DNA from: an uncultured delta proteobacterium
GTDB lineage: Bacteria; Desulfobacterota; DSM-4660; Desulfatiglandales; HGW-15
Direction of reading: 5' to 3'
Assembly (NCBI GenBank): GCA_963740905.1
Contig: CAVUFY010000011.1
Coordinates: forward strand, 124,926-188,925
DNA length: 64,000 bases
A program made the position numbers and the translations under genes. The notes below the pieces were generated by a model that saw only the letters and a list, made by a program, of their open reading frames with translations, did no database searches and had not been told where the DNA came from. Positions 38,410 to 49,292 of this stretch are shown piece after piece. Each line of letters begins with the position of its first letter. Position 1 is the first letter of the stretch.

Positions 38410-39576
38410 ATGGCATACAGGAAAAACTCACATTTCATAATTAGGAACATCACCGGCGCGGTTTCCCTGGTTTGTCTTCTTCTGCTTGCTGATTGCAAAG
38501 AGCAAAAACCCCTACCCCAGCCGCCTCCCCCAAGGATCACCGTCGCCACCTCCCTGGAACGGGAAGTGACGTATTATCTGGAACTGGTAGGCAATACGCA
38601 GGCTGTCAATACGGTTCAACTGGTGGCCAGGGTACCCGGATATCTCGATAAAGTATTCTTCCGCGACGGCCAGATGGTAAAAAAAGGGCAACCGCTTTTT
38701 CTTATCGAGCAGGATACGTATGTGGCCAACCTCCGGCAGGCGGAGGGAAACGTTCTGGCGCAAAAAGCCCAGTTGGCCTATGCCCAGAGCCAACTCGACC
38801 GCTACACGAATCTTTTTCCTGAGAAAGCGGCCTCACAATCTGACGTAGCCAACTGGCAATACCAGAGGGATTCATCCGACGCCAACCTGAAGATAGCAGT
38901 CGCGAACGAGGAACTGGCCAAACTCAATCTGGGCTACACACGGGTTACTGCCCCCTTTGACGGCAGGATCGACCGAAGGCAGCAGGATCCCGGCAACCTG
39001 GTAGGTTCTTCATCGTCAAACGCCAACCTTGCCCAAATGAGTCAGATAGACCCCATCTACGTTTATTTCAACGTCAGCGATACGGATCTTGCCCGTCTCA
39101 TGAAAAGTGCTCACTGGATGCCCGAAAAAAGCGACGCCGGCAAATGGCCGGTTCTCGCCGGCGTGACCGGTGAAGATGGATACCCTCACGGCGGCCGCCT
39201 CGACTTTGCGTCGATCAGCGTCTCTCCAACAACCGGGACCCTCCTGATGAGAGGCATCTTCCCAAATGCTGACCAAAAAATCATGCCAGGCTTATACGCC
39301 CGCGTACGAGTGCCGGTTGAAACCAGGGTCGCAGTGCTCGTACCGGCCACGGCAGTGGGCAACGACCAGCAAGGCTCGTATGTACTCATTGTCGGGGCAC
39401 AAAACGTCGTGGAGCGTCGCAACATCAAGACAGGCCCTCTGGAAGGTAATCTGCGCGTCATCGAAGAAGGGCTTGCGGAAAACGAAAAGGTCGTTGTCAG
39501 CGCTTTGTTGAAGGCTTATCCCGGAAGCCGGGTCATTCCGGTGCCGGAGAATGTAGATCAAAAGGGGAATCGGTGA
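38410..39576 (+). CDS. RND efflux periplasmic adaptor (AcrA/MexA family)
   Basis: The lipobox-like sequence is LLLADC. It carries LGYTRVTAPFDGRI and the typical barrel-sandwich/beta-barrel organisation. Confidence 0.9.
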   Translation: MAYRKNSHFIIRNITGAVSLVCLLLLADCKEQKPLPQPPPPRITVATSLEREVTYYLELVGNTQAVNTVQLVARVPGYLDKVFFRDGQMVKKGQPLFLIEQDTYVANLRQAEGNVLAQKAQLAYAQSQLDRYTNLFPEKAASQSDVANWQYQRDSSDANLKIAVANEELAKLNLGYTRVTAPFDGRIDRRQQDPGNLVGSSSSNANLAQMSQIDPIYVYFNVSDTDLARLMKSAHWMPEKSDAGKWPVLAGVTGEDGYPHGGRLDFASISVSPTTGTLLMRGIFPNADQKIMPGLYARVRVPVETRVAVLVPATAVGNDQQGSYVLIVGAQNVVERRNIKTGPLEGNLRVIEEGLAENEKVVVSALLKAYPGSRVIPVPENVDQKGNR

Positions 39577-42500
39577 TTTCGAAATTCTTCATAGAGCGGC
39601 CCATTCTCGCCAATGTTATAGCGATCATCACGATGCTTATCGGGGGAATCTTCTTGCAGCGCCTCCCGGTGGCCCAGTATCCGGAGATCGTCCCTCCCAC
39701 CGTCCAGGTTTCAGCCCGCTATCCGGGAGCAAGTGCCGAAGTTGTGGCGGCCACTGTCGCGACGCCGATTGAACAAGCCGTAAACGGCGTGGAAAAGGCC
39801 ATCTATATGTCTTCTACCAGCGGCAGCGACGGGTCCTACAGCCTGACCATCACCTTCGATATCGGGACAGACTTGAACACATCGATGGCCCTGGTGCAAA
39901 ACCTTGTGAACAGCTCTTTGTCACAGCTTCCCGGAGGTGCTGATCGGCAAGGGGTCACGGTCAGGAAAGTCTCTCCCAATATCCTGCTGGTCGTAAGCCT
40001 TTACTCCGATGACAACCGCTTTGACGATATATTTCTGTCCAACTACGGTATCATAAATCTGCAAAACCCTATTGCGCGGTTGCCGGGTGTCGGACAGGTG
40101 AGGGTCTTCGGCGCGGGTCCCTACGGTATGAGGGTGTGGCTGGACCCAAGGAGGCTTCAGACTTTCGGCCTTAAAACGTCCGATGTGGTAGCGGCAATAC
40201 AGGGCCAGAATGCCGAGGTTACAGCCGGCCAGTTGGGCGCTCCGCCGGTGCCTGAGAATCAGCCTTTTCAGCTCACCATAACCGCCCTTGGCCGCCTGTC
40301 GAGTGAAAGCCAGTTTGAAGATATCATTATCAAGGCGGACGCGGGCACCGCCCCACAGATCGTACGCCTGCGCGATATAGCGAGGGTGGAACTGAGCCAT
40401 CAGAACTTCAACAATTTTGCCAGGGCTACGGGCCACAATTCCGCTCTGCTCGTAGTGTTCCCTCTGCCGGATGCGAATGCCATCGCCGTGGCCAACAGCG
40501 TTTATAAGGCCATAGCGGATATGAGCAAGACGTTTCCGGCGGGTCTGAAATATGCCATCCCTTACGACACCACTAAATTTGTGAGGGAGGCCATATCCAA
40601 GGTATACGAAACCCTGATTATAGCCGGCATTCTGGTACTTTTGGTGATCGTTGTGTTTCTTCAGAGTCTCAGGGGTATGCTGGTTCCGGCCACTACCGTT
40701 CCGGTCACCATCCTGGGCGCCTTTATCGCCATAGCCGCGCTCGGTTTCACCATAAACCTTATGACCCTGTTTGCGCTGGTCCTGGTCATAGGTATCGTGG
40801 TAGACGACGCGATCGTTATCGTCGAAAACAGCTCTTACTACGTCGAACGGGGCATGCCGCCGAAAGAGGCCACGATCAAGGCAATGCAGGAACTGACGGG
40901 GCCTATCATGGGGATTACCTTGGCCCTCGTTTCGGTCTTCCTTCCGGCGTCATTTCTCCCCGGACTCACCGGACAGATCTTTCGCCAATTCGCGCTCGTG
41001 ATAGCCTCCACGACCATCATCAGCGCCTTAAATGCGCTCACGCTAAAACCGGCGCAGTGCGCTTTATGGCTGAAGCCGCGGGGAGAAAAACCTCCAAACT
41101 GGTTTTTCCGTGGATTCAACAGGGCCTTTCAGATTTTGTCCAATCTCCAGGTGGGAATCGCCACTCGGATGGTCAAACTCCCTGGTCTGTTTGCGATCCT
41201 GTTTGCGGCCATCGTCACCGTGTCATTTTTGATTTTCTTGAGCAGGCCGACGGGATTTCTGCCGACCGAGGACCAGGGTTATGCCATTGTGGTGACCATA
41301 CTCCCTCCTGGAGCATCGCAGCCTCGGCAGGAGAGGCTGGCCGACCAAATCAATTCCATATTAAAGAAGACTCCCGGAGTTGCCGCCTGGGTAACCATAG
41401 GCGGCTTCTCGATCCTGGACTTCGCTACAGTCTCCAACGTATCAACCACATTCTTCGCTTACGAGGACTGGAGCATACGCGGCACTGCTTTGAGCCAGGA
41501 CGTCATTATCTCGCACATATACCACGACCTCGCCGGCATCCAGGAAGCGCTGGCATTTGTGGCAATCCCTCCGCCGATCCGCGGTCTGGGGCAGACGGGC
41601 GGTTTTCAGATGATGCTCGAAGACCGGGGCGGCCTTGGCCTGGATCAACTCAAGCGCGCCGCGGACGAGCTTGTCCGAGCAGGGAATTCAGAACCGGGCC
41701 TGAGGGGTCTTCAAAGCACGTTAAACATTGGCAGCCCTCAGCTCTACCTGAACATAGACAGGACGAAAGCAGAGGCTCTTCAGGTGTCCACTTCGGAAGT
41801 GTTCAACACCCTTCAGTCTTATCTGGGCTCCTCATTTGCGAACCTGTTCAATCTATACAACCAGGTGTTTCAGGTGTACGTCCAGGCTGACAACCGCTAC
41901 CGTCTGCAACCGGAAGATATAAAGAACCTGTACGTCCGCAATTCCGGCGGCGAGATGGTCCCTCTGGGGGCCTTGCTCGATGTAAAGCCGGCTACGGGGT
42001 CCGAGTTGATAACACGCTACAATCTCTACCCGGCGGCCGCAATTTTCGGCTCCGCGGCGCCCGGGTTCAGTTCCGGTCAAGCCCTCACTTTCATGGAGCA
42101 GATGGCAGCTCAAGAGTTGCCAAAAGGGATGGCCTACGACTGGACGTCCTCCAGTTACCAGGAAAAAAAGGTCGGCAACCAAGCTTACTTCATTTATGCC
42201 CTTTCCATCATCCTGGTGTACCTTGTGCTGGCGGCCTTGTACGAAAGCTGGACATCGCCCGCTGCGATCATCTTCGTGGTGCCCATGGCACTCGTGGGAG
42301 TTCTTCTGGCCCTAATAATCCGGGACTATGACAATAACCTTTATACGCAGGTGGGTCTGGTGCTGATGATCGCCCTTTCGAGCAAAAACGCCATCCTGAT
42401 AGTGGAATTCGCGCGCATCCTGCAAGAAGGCGGCATGGGTATTGCCGAGGCAGCGGTAGAGGCAACCCGCCGCCGTTTTCGTCCTATCATTATGACCTCA

Positions 42501-42752
42501 TTTGCCTTTATTCTGGGCGTAGTACCCCTTGTCGTGGCCTTCGGAGCGGGTTCCGCGAGCCAGCGCGCAATAGGCACGGTCGTTTTCGGCGGGATGCTCG
42601 CCTCGACACTTCTGGCCATGCCGTTCGTGCCGGTATTCTATGTGCTCCTCGAGCGCCTGCACAGACGGCCAACGAAGCGCAAAGACTTTCCTCCGACAGC
42701 ACCGGATGTACCAATTGGAGAAACCAAAAAGAACGATTCAGAGATGGGATGA
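39573..42752 (+). CDS. RND multidrug efflux permease (HAE1, AcrB/MexB family)
   Basis: It is 1059 aa long and carries FFIERPILANVIAI, VVDDAIVIVEN. The architecture is 12 TM helices plus two large periplasmic loops. The start overlaps the adaptor stop. Confidence 0.95.
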   Translation: MISKFFIERPILANVIAIITMLIGGIFLQRLPVAQYPEIVPPTVQVSARYPGASAEVVAATVATPIEQAVNGVEKAIYMSSTSGSDGSYSLTITFDIGTDLNTSMALVQNLVNSSLSQLPGGADRQGVTVRKVSPNILLVVSLYSDDNRFDDIFLSNYGIINLQNPIARLPGVGQVRVFGAGPYGMRVWLDPRRLQTFGLKTSDVVAAIQGQNAEVTAGQLGAPPVPENQPFQLTITALGRLSSESQFEDIIIKADAGTAPQIVRLRDIARVELSHQNFNNFARATGHNSALLVVFPLPDANAIAVANSVYKAIADMSKTFPAGLKYAIPYDTTKFVREAISKVYETLIIAGILVLLVIVVFLQSLRGMLVPATTVPVTILGAFIAIAALGFTINLMTLFALVLVIGIVVDDAIVIVENSSYYVERGMPPKEATIKAMQELTGPIMGITLALVSVFLPASFLPGLTGQIFRQFALVIASTTIISALNALTLKPAQCALWLKPRGEKPPNWFFRGFNRAFQILSNLQVGIATRMVKLPGLFAILFAAIVTVSFLIFLSRPTGFLPTEDQGYAIVVTILPPGASQPRQERLADQINSILKKTPGVAAWVTIGGFSILDFATVSNVSTTFFAYEDWSIRGTALSQDVIISHIYHDLAGIQEALAFVAIPPPIRGLGQTGGFQMMLEDRGGLGLDQLKRAADELVRAGNSEPGLRGLQSTLNIGSPQLYLNIDRTKAEALQVSTSEVFNTLQSYLGSSFANLFNLYNQVFQVYVQADNRYRLQPEDIKNLYVRNSGGEMVPLGALLDVKPATGSELITRYNLYPAAAIFGSAAPGFSSGQALTFMEQMAAQELPKGMAYDWTSSSYQEKKVGNQAYFIYALSIILVYLVLAALYESWTSPAAIIFVVPMALVGVLLALIIRDYDNNLYTQVGLVLMIALSSKNAILIVEFARILQEGGMGIAEAAVEATRRRFRPIIMTSFAFILGVVPLVVAFGAGSASQRAIGTVVFGGMLASTLLAMPFVPVFYVLLERLHRRPTKRKDFPPTAPDVPIGETKKNDSEMG

Positions 42753-42854
42753 CACGGAGAAGGAGCAAATGGTGCAACAACAGTGAAAGCCTGGAAGGCT
42801 ACGCAGTCGGATTATAGGAATTCTTTAAATACCAACAGCATGAGGAGGTGCAAC

Positions 42855-43214
42855 ATGGCAAATCCATTTGTTCACATTGAATTAGAGACAAAAGACTCGG
42901 AAAAATCAAAAAAGTTCTACACCAGCATGTTTGACTGGAACCTGGAAGAGATTCCGAATATGGACTACACGATAATCAAGGTCGGGGAGGGAACGGGAGG
43001 AGGGATGATGAAGAAGCCCGATCCCGACATTCCGGACATGTGGCTTCCATATATCCTGGTAGACGATGTGGCTGCATCAACAAAGAAAGCGAAGTCCCTC
43101 GGAGCTACCATTGCCAAGGATATCACAGAGGTTCCGGACATGGGGTGGTTCAGCGTAATCATAGATCCGACCGGTGCGGCCTTTGGACTTTGGCAGCCGA
43201 AAATGGCCAAGTGA
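42855..43214 (+). CDS. VOC/glyoxalase-family protein
   Basis: GAGGAGG precedes ATG 42855. It carries FVHIELETKDSEKSKKFYTSMFDW and GWFSVIIDPTGAAFGLWQ. Confidence 0.8.
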   Translation: MANPFVHIELETKDSEKSKKFYTSMFDWNLEEIPNMDYTIIKVGEGTGGGMMKKPDPDIPDMWLPYILVDDVAASTKKAKSLGATIAKDITEVPDMGWFSVIIDPTGAAFGLWQPKMAK

Positions 43215-43230
43215 GAGCCAAGGGTATGAT

Positions 43231-43947
43231 ATGAAACAAGAACAGTTTGTCTGCCTGGTCTGCGGCTTCAACATGATCGGTTTTCATCCTGATCACTGCC
43301 CTTTCTGTGGCGCGGAGAAGAGAAATTTCATCACCGCTGAGGAGTGCTCCTCCCGTTATAAGGTGGTGGCCACACCGGTGAGCGAGAAAGTGACGAGGCT
43401 GAATTCCCATCCTCCGCTCGGCCTTGAACACGCTGCCTACCGTATCGAAACCACCGGCGGTACCTGTTGGGTCGACTGTCCTTCATCTTTCGATCCTTCT
43501 CTGAAACGGGCGGAAAGGATTTTTTTTACTCACCACCACTTCCTCGGCGCCTCCAACCTGTACAGGGAACTCTTCGCTGCGGAGGTACAGATCCACCGCG
43601 ATGACTCGCTCCACGAGATCTGCCGTCCTTTCCCCTTCGATGTCGCCTTTGAAAGAAACTTTGTCCATCAAGGCATAGAGGCCTTTCACGTCGGCGGCCA
43701 CACACCCGGCTTTACTTTTTACATCTTTGAGGATCTCCTCTTCATCTGTGACTATGTCTTTCTCGAAGGCGACGGCATGAAGTATAACCCTTTCGGTCCC
43801 GCAGGAGAGACTGTCGAGGGCGGCCGCCGCATCCGCGAGATCCTCGAAGGACGGATACTGTCTACCGCCTGCGGGTACAATTACGTGATCGGATACGATG
43901 ACTGGAAGCGGCGGTTTGAGGCTGGGCCTCTGTTTGGCGGCTACTGA
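43231..43947 (+). CDS. Rubredoxin-like zinc-ribbon + metallo-beta-lactamase-fold protein
   Basis: The N-terminal CxxC...CxxC is FVCLVCGF...HCPFCGA. It is followed by FFTHHHF (an HxHxDH-like motif) and HVGGHTPG. Confidence 0.55.
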   Translation: MKQEQFVCLVCGFNMIGFHPDHCPFCGAEKRNFITAEECSSRYKVVATPVSEKVTRLNSHPPLGLEHAAYRIETTGGTCWVDCPSSFDPSLKRAERIFFTHHHFLGASNLYRELFAAEVQIHRDDSLHEICRPFPFDVAFERNFVHQGIEAFHVGGHTPGFTFYIFEDLLFICDYVFLEGDGMKYNPFGPAGETVEGGRRIREILEGRILSTACGYNYVIGYDDWKRRFEAGPLFGGY

Positions 43948-44114
43948 GGAGGCTTTGGGCAGAGCATACGACGGAGAATAGTATGAAAAAACTTGATCCA
44001 TGGAACTTGAACCGGCAGCGATCTTCGGCCGGCGCTGTCTTAATTTGGCACTTTGTAAAGAATGAACGAATAGGATGATAATCGGGGACGCACGAAGGAA
44101 GGAGACAAGAAGAC

Positions 44115-44633
44115 ATGGCAACTTCAACGGGCAATCAACTGGCTCAAAGTATCCGTCAGAGGATGAAGGAACTGAAGGAAGTATGTGAAGGGGTTGATGA
44201 GAGCATAGCCTCACGCGCCCCTGAGGGAAGATGGTCTCCCAAAGAAATCCTTTCCCATCTTTGGGGACCCGAAGGTGTCGGCCACCTGCCGATCCTTCAG
44301 AGGTTTCTCGACGAGGAGACTCCCAGGATCGACATCGAACCTGAGAATCCTTTTTTCTCCGAGAGGCGTGCCCGGATGACCTTTGCGCAACTCCTGTCAG
44401 AGGTCGAGAGAGAGTACGACCGCATGGCTAAGATTGCGGAAGGCTTATCTAGAGATCAGCTTGACCGGAAGGCGAATATTCCTATGCTCAAAAACTCGCC
44501 GTTCGGAGAATATCCGACACTTGAGGCGTGGATCGGCTTGCTCGCGGGCTCGCAAGAGTCCCATATGAGATTTCACATCGAGCATATGCGTGAAATTTTG
44601 CAGGCTCTAGGCGTACCGGCAAGAGGAAAATGA
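44115..44633 (+). CDS. DinB-family (DinB_2-like) four-helix-bundle protein
   Basis: [10 protein letters not shown] and the C-terminal [15 protein letters not shown] match the DinB metal-binding His pattern. Confidence 0.7.
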   Translation: MATSTGNQLAQSIRQRMKELKEVCEGVDESIASRAPEGRWSPKEILSHLWGPEGVGHLPILQRFLDEETPRIDIEPENPFFSERRARMTFAQLLSEVEREYDRMAKIAEGLSRDQLDRKANIPMLKNSPFGEYPTLEAWIGLLAGSQESHMRFHIEHMREILQALGVPARGK

Positions 44634-44787
44634 ATGCGGGCTTACGCGTCCCTATCGTTCCTATTGTTTACCTGGGATGGAGAACGTGAAGACGGAGGTC
44701 AAGCCGACCGAAGCAGTGTCTTCACTGCGGTAGGGGCCTTTCGGTCCCTCTGGGCAAGGTGAGGCCTTCCTGACGACGGCGCGCGGC

Positions 44788-45026
44788 GGTGAGTCTCCTC
44801 CTGCGGAGCGGGAGGCATCGGGTGACCCCCCGAGGGGGGCTCAGGGACGAAACCTTTTCTGGAGTGCCTGGCGAGAGGGCGCTGTCTTGTCGTGATTTAT
44901 CTGTGGGGGAAACCCATGGCCCCGAGCGAAGCCGAGGGGAACAGCGGGAGGGGGCAAAACTCCCCCACAGATAAGTCACAGAAAAGACCAGCCCGGAGCC
45001 TCGGAACGCAAGAAAAGACTTCGTCC
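44788..45026. repeat. Repeat family R1, full hairpin copy with left extension
   Basis: GAGTCTCCTCCTGCGGAGCGGGAGGCATCGGGTGACCCCCCGAGGGGGG...TGTCGTGATTTATCTGTGGGGGAAAC...AGCGGGAGGGGGCAAAACTCCCCCACAGATAAGTCACAGAAAAGACC. Confidence 0.75.
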
Positions 45027-45196
45027 TTGGGCTTCACTCTTCAACACACGACGATTCCTCTAGACCCCGGATCGATAGAACCTATCCGGGTCCTCCACCA
45101 GAGGTCCCAGAGGTGGAGGATTTGGTTACAACTAAGGTCGCAAGGTAGGCTCTATGTGAGAGAAAGAGCAGGAAGAAAGAAGAAAGGAGAAAAACC

Positions 45197-46105
45197 ATGG
45201 ATAACGTCCGCAAGATCAACAAGGTGTGGAAAAGCAAGCCGACCGTCGAGGGAGCCGGCGTTCATCTGAAACGGGCCTTCGGCTATTACCAGGTTCCCCT
45301 GTTCGACCCATTCCTCATGCTTGATGACTTCCACTCCAATCGTCCGGCAGATTATCTGAAAGGGTTTCCCTGGCACCCTCACCGGGGGATCGAGACGATT
45401 ACTTACGTCATCCACGGGAGGGTGGAGCATGGGGACAGCATGGGCAACAATGGTGTCATCGCCACCGGCGACGTGCAGTGGATGACCGCGGGCAGCGGCA
45501 TCATCCACCAGGAAATGCCGAAGGGTGATGACAACGGTCTCATGTGGGGATTCCAGTTCTGGGCGAACCTGCCAGCTTCCCACAAAATGATGGGACCGCG
45601 CTACCGTGGAATTGTTAGCGGGGAAATCCCCGAGGTCGCTCTCAAGGGTGGCGTTCGGGTGAAAGTCATCTGCGGTGAGATCGGCGGGATGAAGGGACCG
45701 GTGCGAGACGTGGTTGTCGATCCCGCCTATTTCGACGTGGCGGTGCCGCCGAAAACCGCCTTTCGTCATCCGATTAAACGGGGGCACAGAGTGTTCGCCT
45801 ACGTAGTGGAAGGCGAAGCATATTTTGACACGGAACGGAACTCCTTCGCTCACGAAGTGGTGGGGGACAACTATTTTGACATGGAGCGAAAGTGTATCTG
45901 CGGACCTGAAAGCCTCATTCTATATGATGACGGCGATGAAGTGACCATTGCCACTCAGGAGACGCCGGTACGCTTTCTCCTGGTGTCGGGACAGCCAATC
46001 GGCGAGCCGGTTGCGTGGTATGGCCCCATCGTGATGAACACGCAGGAGGAACTGCGGATTGCTTTCGAAGAATACGAAAAAGGCACGTTTATTAAGCAAC
46101 AATAG
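45197..46105 (+). CDS. Pirin-family bicupin protein
   Basis: GFPWHPHRGIETITYVIHGRVEHGDSMGN and GDVQWMTAGSGIIHQEMP are pirin signature blocks. Confidence 0.9.
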   Translation: MDNVRKINKVWKSKPTVEGAGVHLKRAFGYYQVPLFDPFLMLDDFHSNRPADYLKGFPWHPHRGIETITYVIHGRVEHGDSMGNNGVIATGDVQWMTAGSGIIHQEMPKGDDNGLMWGFQFWANLPASHKMMGPRYRGIVSGEIPEVALKGGVRVKVICGEIGGMKGPVRDVVVDPAYFDVAVPPKTAFRHPIKRGHRVFAYVVEGEAYFDTERNSFAHEVVGDNYFDMERKCICGPESLILYDDGDEVTIATQETPVRFLLVSGQPIGEPVAWYGPIVMNTQEELRIAFEEYEKGTFIKQQ

Positions 46106-46419
46106 CGATGCCCAGCTGTAAGCGCCACTTGTCTTACCCGAAGTTGGAAACGGCACGGTTCGGAATGCCGGGAGCCAACCCATGGCCATCTCCAGATAAA
46201 CTATAGCATACTGCTCAAGTACCTTAATCTTCGGGTTAAAGCCGGCGTCATGGGCATAACGGCCGAGGATCTCCAAAGCGACAAGGTTGTCTTTTTTCCA
46301 CAAGGTAGGTGAGGCGGGGGTTGCGGAGCTCGCCGCAAGGCTGTTGTGAGTCGTGGCAAGAAGAAACGGGGCGATGAATAGAGGGATGGTCTGAGCCGGG
46401 ATAAGGGATAGAACCTATG

Positions 46420-46701
46420 TCAGGCGTTGGAGGCCCTTGGCAGCGTATCCATATCGATTTCCTCAGTTCCCAGATGGCACAAGAGATCCTCAACGTCGAT
46501 ATGGGTGTCTAACCACGAGCCTATTTTACTTTTCATTTCCTCCGTGGTCTTAGGGCCAAGTACGATGAATTTCTTGCTGTTTTCCGTCTTGCTGTAGGCC
46601 AACCTTACTCTGGTTGACACACTCTCTGACAGGCTCAGGACCTTGTGGATTCTGAGATCAAAGACAGAATCCAATCTGTCCGGTATTCGTTCTGTTGTCA
46701 T
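46420..46701 (-). CDS. Hypothetical protein (93 aa)
   Basis: Only an ORF in an otherwise non-coding gap, with GGAGGAAATTC before the ATG. I recognise no family. Confidence 0.35.
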   Translation of the reverse strand: MTTERIPDRLDSVFDLRIHKVLSLSESVSTRVRLAYSKTENSKKFIVLGPKTTEEMKSKIGSWLDTHIDVEDLLCHLGTEEIDMDTLPRASNA

Positions 46702-46899
46702 GAATTTCCTCCTTCATAATTATTTTGATGAATACACTCTGAGCCCGGACAGTTGGGTTTGTGTTTGGATTTCGTTAGATTTTGGTGAGGTTTTTGAAGA
46801 TAGCGGCAGTCATTGAGATTTTGAGGACCTTGACACCCTTTTGATTCTCTCTGATGATTAAGACTCTGGAGCACCCCGTCAGGACAGGAGGCACTACAA

Positions 46900-48312
46900 A
46901 TGAACGATCTGTTGATCATCGGTGGAAGCGATGCAGGAATAAGCGCGGCCCTCCGTGCAAAGGAAGTGGATCCCTCGATGTGCGTGACCGTAATCGTGGC
47001 AGACGAATATCCAAACTACAGTATCTGCGGGCTCCCGTTTCTTCTGAGCGGCGAGGTCGAAGATTGGCGAACCCTTGCTCACCGGAGCATCGAGGAGATA
47101 GAAAGGGCTTCGGTTCGGGTTTTGCTCAACCACAAAGCCGAGGCGATTGATCCGCATGCGAAAATCATCGGGATCACAAACAGCGAGGGGCGCGATGCGG
47201 TATTGAAATACGACAGGCTTATCATCGCAACAGGGGCCGTCTCCGGCCGGCCTTCCATAGAGGGGCTGGACCTTCCAGGCGTCTTTTGTCTCCGCTGGAT
47301 GGGGGATGCTTTTTCTATCCGGGAATATGTCGCAAGATATTCTCCTGATGAGGCGATCATTCTTGGAGCAGGGTACATCGGCATGGAAATGGCCGACGCT
47401 CTGACCAGGAGAGGCATTTCGGTGACCATGTTGATTCGTTCAGGACGCGTGTTGAAAACTGTGGATAAAGAAATGGGAGAGATCATCCGGACCGAGTTGA
47501 TTAAAAAAGGCGTAAATCTGGTCGATCGGATTGATGTCACCTCCATAGAGAAACGAGGAGAGAAGCTCGTTGTGAAGAATTCTCAGGATATTCCCGTCAA
47601 AGGCGACCTTGTCCTGATCGCTGCCGGGGCAAGGCCGGAGACTGCCTTGGCTCGGAGGTCAGGGGTTTCGACCGGAATCCACGGCGCCATCAAAGTGAAC
47701 CACGCGATGGAAACCAATGTCATGGACATATACTCAGCAGGCGACTGCGCTGAGACCTGGCATCGCCTTCTTAGGAAATACACCTATCTTCCCCTGGGAA
47801 CCACAGCGCACAAACAGGGATGCGCGGCCGGGGAGAATGCGGCTGGAGGAGATGCAGAATTTGCAGGCTCTCTGAGCACCCAGGTGGTCAAGATCTTTGA
47901 TCTTGTGGTGGCGCGAACAGGATTGCTTGAGCAGGAGGCTCGGGACGCAGGCTTCGATCCTTTGAGCGTCCATCATCAGACATGGGACCATACGCCCTAC
48001 TATCCCGGAGCCACTCTTCTCCATCTCCGCATTACAGGAGATCGAAAGACGGGCAGACTCCTTGGGGGCCAGATCATCGGGCAGTACAAGGCGGAGGTAT
48101 CCAAACGTATCGATATTTTCGCCGCAGCCTTGTTCAACGAGATGACCATCAATGCGTTGAACCACCTCGATCTGAGCTATACTCCTCCCATGAGCAGCCC
48201 TTGGGACCCGGTTCAGCAAGCCGCTCAGGCATGGACATGCAAAAGAGAAGCAAATGGACAGCGTTCTCCGATAGGGACTTTCGCAAATCTAACCTTCTCG
48301 GATGCGCAGTGA
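46900..48312 (+). CDS. CoA-disulfide reductase/NADH oxidase-family FAD-dependent oxidoreductase
   Basis: IIGGSDAG is the FAD site. The single redox Cys lies in PNYSICGLPF. The second Rossmann motif is ILGAGYIGMEMA, and GDC is also present. Confidence 0.85.
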   Translation: MNDLLIIGGSDAGISAALRAKEVDPSMCVTVIVADEYPNYSICGLPFLLSGEVEDWRTLAHRSIEEIERASVRVLLNHKAEAIDPHAKIIGITNSEGRDAVLKYDRLIIATGAVSGRPSIEGLDLPGVFCLRWMGDAFSIREYVARYSPDEAIILGAGYIGMEMADALTRRGISVTMLIRSGRVLKTVDKEMGEIIRTELIKKGVNLVDRIDVTSIEKRGEKLVVKNSQDIPVKGDLVLIAAGARPETALARRSGVSTGIHGAIKVNHAMETNVMDIYSAGDCAETWHRLLRKYTYLPLGTTAHKQGCAAGENAAGGDAEFAGSLSTQVVKIFDLVVARTGLLEQEARDAGFDPLSVHHQTWDHTPYYPGATLLHLRITGDRKTGRLLGGQIIGQYKAEVSKRIDIFAAALFNEMTINALNHLDLSYTPPMSSPWDPVQQAAQAWTCKREANGQRSPIGTFANLTFSDAQ

Positions 48313-48329
48313 AGTGGCGCTCGGAGGGA

Positions 48330-48905
48330 TTAGCCCTTTTTTAGAATCACGGCCTTGCTAAGAAATACTTTCGGCCTGTCAACAGCCATCAAGCCGGCAT
48401 TGCGGGCTATACTGATGGTCTGTTCAAACGCAGCCTTGGAGACATGGAATGGTGGCTCTACAATGAGAACCCGCCCGGTCGGGTTGAGTATTGATTCTAT
48501 GTCTCTAAAAAATTCATTCTGGTCCGGGACTTCGTGAACCATGTAAAAAGCGAGGACAAAATCTACATTTTGGGACACGCCTATTTTGTTCTTTTGGCAC
48601 CTATGCAATGTGATACGTTCCTCAAGGTCGGATCCTCTAATTTTGTTTCTTAATCTCTGAAGCATTCCGTCTTGAAGATCAGCAGCGATGACCCGCCCCG
48701 ATTTGCCGACCATCCTTGCGATGTCGACGGTGAAGTAGCCGGAACCACATCCGAAATCCAGGACCGTCATCCCTTCTTTAATGTATGGGCCGAGTATTTT
48801 TCGAGGGTTTTGCAGCCATCCCCGGAACTTGTTGTCAAGACTGCCTGCCATTTCAACCGGGCACACACGATTTCTTCCATCACCCATCTTCTTCTCTCCT
48901 TTCAA
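48330..48905 (-). CDS. Class I SAM-dependent methyltransferase
   Basis: VLDFGCGSGYFT is motif I, followed by VIAADLQ. An alternative start is at 48887. Confidence 0.8.
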   Translation of the reverse strand: MKGEKKMGDGRNRVCPVEMAGSLDNKFRGWLQNPRKILGPYIKEGMTVLDFGCGSGYFTVDIARMVGKSGRVIAADLQDGMLQRLRNKIRGSDLEERITLHRCQKNKIGVSQNVDFVLAFYMVHEVPDQNEFFRDIESILNPTGRVLIVEPPFHVSKAAFEQTISIARNAGLMAVDRPKVFLSKAVILKKG

Positions 48906-49103
48906 AGCCGAACAGCCCGCTTAACCGGCTGAGCAAAGCTGGGCCAGTTCACCTCACTGTTCGCCATCCTACTCAGATAAACCTACAACCTCCTCGAATT
49001 AGAACTCCTGCAAATATCGAGCATGTTCCCGTTGAGTCGGTCGATGTGTGACTGATCCTGTATGCGGGAATTGTATCATATTAGCTGTTTCTAGTAGCCG
49101 TGA

Positions 49104-49292
49104 GGATCATGATTCTCTTTCTTGAGTGACTGGCGGAAAGGCGCCGTCTTTTCACGGTTTATCTATGGGGGAAACCCCTGGCTCCGAGCGAAGGCGAGGA
49201 GAACAGCGGGAGGGGGCAAAACTCCCCCGTAGATAAACCGTAGAAAAGACCAACCTGCGAGCCTCGGAACGGGAGAAAGGGAATCATGATCC
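49104..49292. repeat. Repeat family R1, compact near-perfect hairpin copy
   Basis: GGATCATGATTCTCTTTC...GTCTTTTCACGGTTTATCTATGGGGGAAAC...GGGGGCAAAACTCCCCCGTAGATAAACCGTAGAAAAGAC...GAGAAAGGGAATCATGATCC. Confidence 0.8.

Noticed and set aside
43483-44214. A 243-aa minus-strand ORF spanning the MBL-fold gene and the DinB start.
   Set aside because: It is antisense to two plausible genes and crosses their intergenic region. No family signal is present.
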